Part shown: piece after piece, positions 40,662-49,600 of the stretch
Position numbering within the stretch: position 1 is the stretch's first letter
Layout of the letters: the number at the start of each line of letters is the position of its first letter
Notes under the pieces: model-generated
The model's input: the letters and a program-made list of their open reading frames with translations, nothing else
Told to the model about the DNA's origin: nothing
Database searches by the model: none
Made by a program: the position numbers and the translations under genes
Assembly: GCA_048882045.1 (NCBI GenBank)
Contig: JBHLRZ010000011.1
Coordinates: 26,778 to 90,777, forward strand
Source of the DNA: Candidatus Thorarchaeota archaeon
GTDB taxonomy: Archaea; Asgardarchaeota; Thorarchaeia; Thorarchaeales; Thorarchaeaceae
Direction: 5' to 3'
DNA length: 64,000 nt

Positions 40662-43600
40662 TAGATCATCTCCTTCAGACGCAGCCTGGTTGCCAGGCCG
40701 AGTGACATCATTTCTTGTATCAGCAGTTTGAAAGCGTATGAAACTACGACACTACTGATTTTGGCATTGGTGCCGCATATTGGACAGTAGTACTGGTCCT
40801 TGTTGCGATCGTAGACTCCAATCAATCCACATTCCTCACAGACTAGCATGTTGCTCTTGTCTGACTCGTCAAGGAGTCTGCCTTTGAGAAGAATCGCTGC
40901 ACCATGACCGATTAATACATCACGCTCCATTTCTCCAAATCTGAGACCACCCTCTCTGGCTCGTCCCTCAGTGGGCTGACGAGTCAGAATCTGGACTGGA
41001 CCTCTGGCACGGGCATGAATCTTGTCTGCGACCATATGGTGCAGTTTCTGGTAGAAGATTACACCCATGAAGATGTCCACCTTGAGTTTCTCACCAGTGA
41101 TTCCGGAGTACATGGTTTCTCTACCATTGTGTTTCAGACCATGCTTCTTTAGTATGTCAAAAAGCTCATCTTCTGAAACACCACAGAATGGCGTGGCATC
41201 CTGCTGTTTGCCCACCATACATGCAGCCTTGCCAGCTACCATTTCGAGAATCTGACCAATGGTCATTCTGCTTGGAATGGCATGGGGATTGATAAGAAGG
41301 TCAGGGACTACTCCATCCTCTGTAAATGGAAGGTCCTGTTGTGGTACGATGTACCCAATGACTCCCTTCTGTCCGTGACGTGAAGCATATTTGTCGCCTA
41401 GCTCAGGAATTCTGAGGTCTCGGACTTTCACCTTGACTAGACGGTTGCCATCTATGGTTTCTGTCAGTATGACACTGTCTACGACACCTGCTTCTCCATG
41501 ACGTACTGCAACTGATGTTTCGCGACGATTGGGTGAGGCAATCTCGAATTCAGAGTATTCCTCAAGGAATCTTGGTGGAGAGGTCCTTCCTATGAGCACA
41601 TCACCACCCATCACCTCGACCTCTGTTTCGATAATTCCGTCTTCTCCGAGGTTCCTGTATGATTCTGATGCTCTGTATCCTCTCACACTGCGGTCGGGAA
41701 TCTCGAAACGATCTTCCTGTCCACCAGGATACTTTCTCTCCTCGCTCTCATAGACTCGGGCGAATGTACTTCTTCCCAGACCTCGTTCAATTGAGGCCTT
41801 ATTCATGATAAGGGCATCTTCAATGTTGTACCCTTCAAAGGAGAGAATAGCGACAATGAAGTTCTGTCCAGCTGGACGGTCTTCGTAGCCAATAGAGTCC
41901 ATAGCACGAGTCTTGACCAGTGGAATCTGTGGATAGTGGAAGAAATGTGATCGTGTGTCTGCACGATATCTGAAGTTTGATGCGGGTACTCCAACTGATT
42001 GTTTTGCCATTCCGGCCATGTACACATTACGTGGGGACTGATTGCGTTCAGGGAATGGAATCAGTGCTGCTGAAATTCCCAAGATGGTGGAGGGTACTAT
42101 CTCCATGTGGGTATTGTTTGGCCCAATTTCATTGGGGTACATAGCGATTAGTGTGTTTTCTTCTTCCTCAGCGTCAATAAACTCAACAGTTCCGTTTCTG
42201 AGGAGGTCTAGGAAACCCCACTCATTGTCCTGAATCATCCGCAGGTGTTCATCAGTCAATCGGCTCTTCCCATTCTCAACGATAATGACCGGTCTCCTTA
42301 CACGACCTGCATCACAGTTGACCTGCACTTCATGCGTATCCTCATAGTAGGCAATGTTTGTCTGATGATCAATCTCGCCAGCACGGCGCTTCTGTCGTAT
42401 AGTCTTGACCAAGACTTGAGGAGCTGGATGAACACCAACGAGGCGACCGTTCAGGAATACATCAGCCCACTTTGTACCTCTTTTTCCTTGGAGCTTCTCA
42501 ATAGGTTCAACCTCAGCCTTGAGTAGAGCTCTTTCAACTGAGTCTTCCTCAGCACCGACTGAGATGTATGCCATCATTGCGATGTTCTTCACAAGACCAC
42601 AGTTAGGTCCTTCAGGCGTTTCGTTGGGACAGATTTTACCCCAATGCGTAGAGTGAAGGTCTCGTGCCTCGAAGTGTGGTTGCGATCGTGAGAGTGGAGA
42701 AACAACCCTTCTGAGGTGTGAGAGGGATGAGATGTAGTTGGTCCTATCAAGTAGTTGTGATACTCCTGCCTTACCACCAACCCAGTTTCCGGTGGCCAAG
42801 GCATGTTTTAATCTCTGAGTGATTACATCAGCTCGTACTGCAGTGCGAATATTTGGCTTGCGACCACGGACTGCAGTGCGTTCAAGCTGGTACTTAATGT
42901 CTCGTGTAAGTGAGTAGAGAGCCACTCGGAAAAGTGACATAAGAAGATCTCCAGACAGCTTCAGACGTTTGTTGGCATAGTGGTCTTTGTCATCTGCTGC
43001 TCGCTTGTTGAGAACCAACTCAAGAAGTCGTTCTACCATCTGTCCGAGGTAGTAAGCTTTCTGGAGTCGACTGTCGTCTTCAGTTCCAATGTGTGGGAGA
43101 AGATAACGATCCAGTACCTTTTCTGCGCGAGCGAGTCTGTATTCTTTTGTCTGACCGACTGCTACTCGCTTGCCAATGAAGTCCAGAGCATTGGTTCGGG
43201 TTGAGCCCTCTTCTTCGTCACGGGCAGCGTTTATTGGCGCAGATTGCTCAATGGTAACGATTAGTTCGTTTCTAATCTCATCATCATCTGAGATGACATC
43301 AACAATCTCTCTATCAGACTCAAGTCCTAAGGCTTTTAGAAGAATGGCAAGTGGAATCTTCCCAGGCACAGATGGGAATGACACTCTCAGTTCACCAGTT
43401 CGCTTTCGCTCGATTGTAACTGGCGCTCTGAACCCACGAGAAGTGGAGAACACCTTGGCAATGTGAGTATAGCTTGAACTCTTACTTGCTTCCTCAATCA
43501 AGATTCTATTCGGCGCTAAATCCTCTTGTGTAACAAGAACACGCTCTGAACCATTGATGATGAAATATCCACCAGGATCCTTCGGATCCTCTCCATGTTG

Positions 43601-44032
43601 GATGAGCTCTTCATCTGATAGTCCGTGGAGGTGACACTTCTCACTTCGAAGCATGATAGGCAGGTCACCTATGTAAATCCTCATAGTTTCCAACCGCGTT
43701 GACACTGATCCCTCCTTGCGGACAGGGGTCATATCAAGGTGTATCTTGCTTGCATATGTGAGGTTTCTAATTCTGGCTTCATTTGGGTAGAGCTTGTGCT
43801 CGCTGCCGTCAGCTTCTCGAATAGAAGGCTCATCAATATGGATGTCACCGAGTTCCACCACATAACCTTCTATTTTTGGAGTGAGCTTGCCAACACTGTC
43901 TACTACATACTGGAGCTCTTCTCTGATAAACCGGTTAAACGAGTCAAGATGCTGACCTACTAATCCATACTGATCGAAGAATGACTCTATCACTGGCCAG
44001 TACTTTTCCCGTTCGTTTGTGCCCTTTGTCAT
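40661..44032 (-). CDS. rpoB: RNA polymerase subunit B (Rpo2, unsplit)
   Basis: GDKYASRHGQKG, GLRFGEMERD, ETPEG. Confidence 0.98.
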   Translation of the reverse strand: MTKGTNEREKYWPVIESFFDQYGLVGQHLDSFNRFIREELQYVVDSVGKLTPKIEGYVVELGDIHIDEPSIREADGSEHKLYPNEARIRNLTYASKIHLDMTPVRKEGSVSTRLETMRIYIGDLPIMLRSEKCHLHGLSDEELIQHGEDPKDPGGYFIINGSERVLVTQEDLAPNRILIEEASKSSSYTHIAKVFSTSRGFRAPVTIERKRTGELRVSFPSVPGKIPLAILLKALGLESDREIVDVISDDDEIRNELIVTIEQSAPINAARDEEEGSTRTNALDFIGKRVAVGQTKEYRLARAEKVLDRYLLPHIGTEDDSRLQKAYYLGQMVERLLELVLNKRAADDKDHYANKRLKLSGDLLMSLFRVALYSLTRDIKYQLERTAVRGRKPNIRTAVRADVITQRLKHALATGNWVGGKAGVSQLLDRTNYISSLSHLRRVVSPLSRSQPHFEARDLHSTHWGKICPNETPEGPNCGLVKNIAMMAYISVGAEEDSVERALLKAEVEPIEKLQGKRGTKWADVFLNGRLVGVHPAPQVLVKTIRQKRRAGEIDHQTNIAYYEDTHEVQVNCDAGRVRRPVIIVENGKSRLTDEHLRMIQDNEWGFLDLLRNGTVEFIDAEEEENTLIAMYPNEIGPNNTHMEIVPSTILGISAALIPFPERNQSPRNVYMAGMAKQSVGVPASNFRYRADTRSHFFHYPQIPLVKTRAMDSIGYEDRPAGQNFIVAILSFEGYNIEDALIMNKASIERGLGRSTFARVYESEERKYPGGQEDRFEIPDRSVRGYRASESYRNLGEDGIIETEVEVMGGDVLIGRTSPPRFLEEYSEFEIASPNRRETSVAVRHGEAGVVDSVILTETIDGNRLVKVKVRDLRIPELGDKYASRHGQKGVIGYIVPQQDLPFTEDGVVPDLLINPHAIPSRMTIGQILEMVAGKAACMVGKQQDATPFCGVSEDELFDILKKHGLKHNGRETMYSGITGEKLKVDIFMGVIFYQKLHHMVADKIHARARGPVQILTRQPTEGRAREGGLRFGEMERDVLIGHGAAILLKGRLLDESDKSNMLVCEECGLIGVYDRNKDQYYCPICGTNAKISSVVVSYAFKLLIQEMMSLGLATRLRLKEMI

Positions 44033-44183
44033 GTAATCACATCGTGAATGTGAAGGACGGGGGAACTACTGCTATGCACACGCTTCCCAACGCATGGATT
44101 ACCCAGAAAATCCGAGCTCACCAACTGCCTGCAATAGCCGCCCCGTTTGCATTACTCCTACAGACTCACTCCCACTCATGCAA

Positions 44184-44291
44184 TGGCGGGCTCGGCGGGA
44201 TTTGAACCCGCGGCCAATCCCCATATGGGAGATCACTCTCACATATTTCAGGTTAAAAGCCTGCTGCGCTACCTAGCTGCGCCACGAGCCC
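44184..44291 (-). tRNA. tRNA-Lys(TTT) with non-canonical intron near 43/44 (about 44217-44247)
   Basis: GCAGG-CTTTTAA-CCTG anticodon arm, hairpin insert before the variable loop, T arm, encoded CCA. Confidence 0.88.
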
Positions 44292-44610
44292 TTGAGTCAG
44301 GTTTTAACCACCTTGGCCCCATCATCTATGACATCATCGCGCATTACAACATGTCAAGTGGATGCAATTTACGACCATGCATGAGAGGGAAGCAGTTCTG
44401 TCTGAGCAAAGGACGGGGAATTCTGTATCAATAAAAGGGTTGCGATAAAACGCAGAAATGGAGTAACATCTAAGGACGGTTTGGCTTTTGTGAGCCACTT
44501 TTCTATAGGCCTCAATCAGTAATAAATCTACTCTGTAATCGACCCGTGCTGTCTATTCCAGCTCAAATCGTATCCTAGATGTTATGCCCTGACCTGTTTC
44601 TAATTCAAAG

Positions 44611-44800
44611 ATGCAAGCCCCTGTAGTGTATGACCTGCTTCTGAGATTGTGAGTGAACCACAACTGTAAGAAACCTCTGTGTTTCGCCCCTCTCTTGCCA
44701 GTGTCACCACCATCCAGCATTTTCATGAAAATGCTAAACTTAGCAAGAGCATTGTCAACGTTCATTGGGATGGGATCCCTCCTGAAGACCTGGCATCTTT
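44611..44800 (-). ncRNA. Putative TnpB omega-RNA (scaffold plus guide); 5' limit uncertain
   Basis: Dense hairpins downstream of tnpB (20-nt palindrome 44716-44735, CTCTTGC/GCAAGAG, GAAAC/GTTTC, TTGTG/CACAA), ending ...GGTCA then the anti-tRNA-Asp sequence. Confidence 0.55.
44617..44630 (+). pseudogene. 5' 14 nt of tRNA-Asp (split exon and/or TnpB guide)
   Basis: GCCCCTGTAGTGTA, identical to the first 14 nt of the tRNA-Asp at 51900-51887. Confidence 0.75.
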
Positions 44801-46438
44801 CTCCTGTCTTGATGTCGGGGCATCACTCCCAACTACAGAGAGAGTTTCCACAGTATTTTCCACGGCGGGGTCATTATCACCCTTCCCAGATTCATCGCTG
44901 AAGCTGAAAAGACTCGTCTGAGTATGGTGAACAGCCGCGGACTCTCCAAGACCCGATGTTTGATCTTTAGAGGAGAGTAAGGACTTCCCTTGAGAAGACT
45001 TCTTCTTTCGGGCTTTCAGTCGTGCACGTTGAGTCTTATCTAAGACCCTAGTCCACATACCTAGTCCTCTCACAGAGTGCAGTGACTTTGTGAGCTTGAG
45101 CATACGTGCTGCGATGTTGATACTACCGTTCCTGTCAGCATTGGTCTTGTGTCCGCAGGATGGACAGTGGAAGTAGTTCTGCTTGGGTCTCCTACCCTTA
45201 CTTCCACACTTCCAGCACATGATGGAAGTCCAAGCCTCAGGAACGGCTTGGAACCTCGCATCCTTGCCATCGACTTTCCAACCAAGCTGAGCAAGTCCAT
45301 GTTCCAGACTTTCAGTTATCCGGGCAAAGGCCCATGAATTTATCATAGCCCTAAACTTGCGACCTCGGTAGTTTCCTCTTCTGGCACGCATTCGTATATT
45401 CTTTAGACGACCGATGGCTACATAGAGTGTGTATTTCTCAGAGAGTATAGAGATGCAATCAAGAAGTTGTCGAACGAGAACCCTGTCATACTCTTTCGAC
45501 ACATTTTCTCTTTTATTCTTCATCTGACGGAGCCTTTCTGCAATCTTATCGTGTGTCTGTCCGTTCTCTCTCCTGAGATGTAACTCTCTCTGAAGGTTGG
45601 CAACAAGTCGGTCATATTTCTTTATGACTTTGACCTTCTCTTTTTGGATGAAGTATCTTGTTTCCCTCGTCTTCTCTGGAGTTAGGAGAGTTGAACATGC
45701 GGCCTTCTCGATGCCGAGGTCGATTCCAAGTATCGCTACAGGAAGTCCACTCATGTGTAAGTCATCAATCGCAACCCTGACAGCTATTGTCACCCACCAC
45801 TTTCTGAATCGATCAGTGAAGATCTGTACAGCCTTTACATCTCCACGGCGAAGTTGATTCAGGTGAAAGGATGAAACCTTCAAAGGAATGACTAATCTAT
45901 CATGAAATGTACGCCCAGCCTGTACGGAGTCAAGAGAATCCCTTATGTCTAGCCACCAGCGAGCTGAAGATGTACGTTTTTCAACAAGTCTGAATCGTTG
46001 AGCAAAGACCCATCTGGGAATACGTCGACTTCTATTGATTGATGCAGGGCGAGAAGCTCTCAATCCATTCTTCATTCTGAGCTTAAGATAACTCTCATAC
46101 AAAGAAACTGCAATCTGTCTGCACTCGGTCATCTCGTTTTGAGATATTCGAGGGAACCTTGCCTTGAAGTCATGAGGTACGGTTAGTCTCCGACTATAGC
46201 CCGCCTTGACTTGGTGTGCAGTCATAGTGAGCTTATCCAGCTCACCATCATCAATCCGATTTTTCTTACGACCTGTCAACAACTTGTCTTCATGTTGTTC
46301 AATAATTCCAAGGAATGCACGAATCACTCTAGTGTCTCGCCCAATGGTCTGCCTAAGCCTCTGCTTAGTCCTCTCGGTCATGGCTTCCCAGTTGATTGGG
46401 ACCTTCACCGAGATTGTCACACCCTTGGACCGAGCCAT
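44762..46438 (-). CDS. tnpB: TnpB/Cas12f-like RNA-guided nuclease with rearranged RuvC site
   Basis: GIDLG (D240), AIGRL (G343 at RuvC-II), VPEAWTS (E401), CWKC/CPSC Zn ribbon, NADRN (D435). Confidence 0.88.
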   Translation of the reverse strand: MARSKGVTISVKVPINWEAMTERTKQRLRQTIGRDTRVIRAFLGIIEQHEDKLLTGRKKNRIDDGELDKLTMTAHQVKAGYSRRLTVPHDFKARFPRISQNEMTECRQIAVSLYESYLKLRMKNGLRASRPASINRSRRIPRWVFAQRFRLVEKRTSSARWWLDIRDSLDSVQAGRTFHDRLVIPLKVSSFHLNQLRRGDVKAVQIFTDRFRKWWVTIAVRVAIDDLHMSGLPVAILGIDLGIEKAACSTLLTPEKTRETRYFIQKEKVKVIKKYDRLVANLQRELHLRRENGQTHDKIAERLRQMKNKRENVSKEYDRVLVRQLLDCISILSEKYTLYVAIGRLKNIRMRARRGNYRGRKFRAMINSWAFARITESLEHGLAQLGWKVDGKDARFQAVPEAWTSIMCWKCGSKGRRPKQNYFHCPSCGHKTNADRNGSINIAARMLKLTKSLHSVRGLGMWTRVLDKTQRARLKARKKKSSQGKSLLSSKDQTSGLGESAAVHHTQTSLFSFSDESGKGDNDPAVENTVETLSVVGSDAPTSRQEKDARSSGGIPSQ

Positions 46439-46685
46439 CGCTTTGTCTTTCCTTATTAAGTTCTGACCTGTTTCAGGCCAGTTGAGTTCACTCCAATCTT
46501 TGTCTGAAATTGGAGTAATTAACTCATAGATTTATCATACAAGTTTCCTTATTAAGTTATTATGAAAATTTATTATAAACTCTTTAATAAAGAAAATAAG
46601 AACTGATAAGTCTATTTTTATAAATTTTAGACTTCTGAATAAGTATGAAATACTTATAAATAAAATCGAGAGGAGAATAACTGGA

Positions 46686-49600
46686 GTGTCCTGTTTGGGG
46701 CGAAGAACTCAGGAATTCAGACCGAATGCAGTTCTAGCTACTGCACTTTATTCAGGATTATCAGCTCTAGTCTGGTTGGCAAATAGACGAAAGAATAGAC
46801 AGACAGAAGAAATCTTTGAGAAAATTAGAAACAAATGGAAATCTATCCAAGTGAATAAGAAAATGGATGGATCAAGCCGCCCGCATGATTTCTCTAAAGT
46901 TCAGAAGATAGAATCCCCCCTCAGAAAGCTGAATCTACGTATGCTCTGGCTTAGCACGAAACGATACGGCAACAAAGAGAGGAAGCGAGTATACAGCTGG
47001 AAAGAGGGCACCATTGGAGAACTCAATAGTCTACTGAACTATGCTGGAGCAACACTACGAGATATCGTTGTTCCACGTTATCCATTCCCAACCCCACAGC
47101 TCTACGAAATCCGAAAATATCCAGATGGAACAAAGCAAGTCATTCCAAAAGATGTGGCGGACAAGGTCCCAGCAGCACTTGGGGTGAAGACTCACTTGAA
47201 AGCGGGATATCGAGGAAACTCTAAAAATCCCAGAGTGTTATTGACACATCCAACATTACCAGCCATGGACTTTGGAGATATGCTACGAGCTCATCTCATT
47301 GAACTCTGTCGACAATGCTTCATTCATTGTGTACCTCGAACTGAGTCACATCGATACATTAGACTGCTGATTCATAGACTGACCCCATTTCTCGATTGGG
47401 TGTACACACGAGGAAAGACAGGTCGCAAGGATTTCTCCCCTTGCGCAGACAGAGAATTGAGAAAGATTGTACTTGAAATCAGGAACAACTACAGCAGACA
47501 CATTAGGACTAGAGAGAGAATCAGTAAACCAGTCGAAGATGTTCCTCAAGACTTTGGAATAGATGCTCTCAAAGAACAGGTTGAAGCAATACAAGAAACA
47601 TCAGAAGACAGAAACACCAAGAAAAAGTGTAAGACAATTCTTCAGCACATTGAGAAAAGAATCGTCACACACAGAGAAGTGGAAAAGTTCCTTGAAAACA
47701 TCATGAGTAGCGTACAACTAGAAGGGAGCAACTGGCACAGAGTGCTGCTCTCTGGATATCCTCAACCTCGCTCACTCAAAGAGGCCATCTTTGCCGGAGA
47801 CTATCTCCTTCAGAATCCTTCCGGGTTTCAGTATTTTGCTGAAGTTCCGGTCACTGGAATCCAAGGATCAGGAAAGATTGACCTTGTCCTTTTCGTTCGC
47901 ATTCGTTGGCGTGACAGCCATATCTGGGCTCCCATCATGATTCTCGAGTTGAAGACCAAGGCTGGATTCGACTTCAACCTGTTTGGTAAACGTCCCCGTA
48001 CGAAGAAACCCAATGTATTCACACCAGTCTTGAACGCTTGGAAAGAACTTCTCAAGACATCTGAATGGGGTGAAACACTTGGTTCAAAGCCCCCAACAAT
48101 CCATCTTGACCAGATAGATGCATATGAGAATGCTCTGTTATCAGAGTATCATTCAATCATCGGTGAAACTATTGCTTTTAAGCAACTCTGGAAAGGAGTG
48201 GTCACACTTGATGTTTCTCAGGAGTATGAAGACACAAAGCAAATGTTCGATCACATCATCTCCGATTTGGCTAATCGAATAATGAAAGGAGAATTCAATG
48301 GGCGGTGGAAGACACTCAAATTCAAGGACAAGCCTACGGAGCAGATAGCTCCTCGAGTAGCCATTACAATGACTCCAGCTCAGGGTCCTGTGGATGTACT
48401 AAAACGTGTCAGTCCCCTCGAAAATGTTCTATTCGAAGACCCCTTTGCTGATAGAGTGGAGGATGACACCTTCTTCACCCAGTACATTTCACTATCATCT
48501 CCAACATCATCCGGCAAGAGTGCAGCATGGTTTGCCAAGAACTGGCATCTCTTGAACCACCTTGCAGAGCTGGAACGGGCTTTGGACACAGAAACTTCTC
48601 TGACTTGGATTGATCTAATTGGTGATTTTCCAACAAAGAAACTGATAGAGAAGCGATTTGGACTTGATAATCTAAAGAAGAACAAGCTGATTACGAATTC
48701 AGAATATGCAAAACTGAGAAGTCTGTTAGAACGAGTCACCTTTGTCAGTCTTAGAGAGGATATTGATAGATTTCTCATCGACGGGAAACAATCAGGAATC
48801 GAGAGGGCGAGGTCTGCAATCACAGCAGCTCTCGAATCTGAGTCAGAGAATCAAATTACAGTTGTAGATGGCTGGTCGGACTTGGAGAACATGACTCCTG
48901 CGACTCATAGGAACAATCTACAGGTGCTTGAACTCTCACTGCTTCAGATTGTCAAGGATCTCATGAACGAGGTAATCTGGACCGATACAGGAGTTGACCT
49001 TCCACAGGTTTCCGAACTCTATCAACGGAACAGCCCAAGTCCATTCTACTACACATCTCCTAGGAAACAGGTCATTGACGAGGTTCTATGGAATGTGCCC
49101 ACAGCTCCTCAAAAGATGGGGTGGCAGACCCCGGAGTATGAGGACAGTCGAGTAATCATCCAGGACCTACCAACAGAACAAGATCCATGGTCCACGGTCA
49201 TCCATGTACCGCATCTCAAGGGTCTGGGTCGTAAGTTCAGCAAGGCTTCCGTTAGAAGTCCTATTGTCAAGATTGAGAGGCAAACTGGTGACCTGAATCA
49301 ACATGAAAATATGCATGGAAGGTCCTTTCGAAGTTCATCCATCCAGGTGCGTTCTGACACTATTGACATGACCTCCTTGGAAGAAATCACAAAGCATGCA
49401 TTTATCCTGATTCCAAGTCTTCTGAGACCTAGAGATGGACAACCACTGAGTCAGGTCAATGAACATAGTGTTGATTGGTCAACGACCTATCACAATGTCA
49501 ATGTAAACAGTGTTCATCCAAGTCTATCAAGCAGACTGCATCTTGACGTGGACAGAGAGCCACCACATCCAAATCGAATAGGAATTGGTCATGAGGGAAT

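Noticed and set aside
44540-44641. CRISPR array next to the Cas12f-like gene
   Set aside because: Only 11-12 bp repeats, two adjacent copies, and no cas1/cas2; reported as a repeat finding instead.
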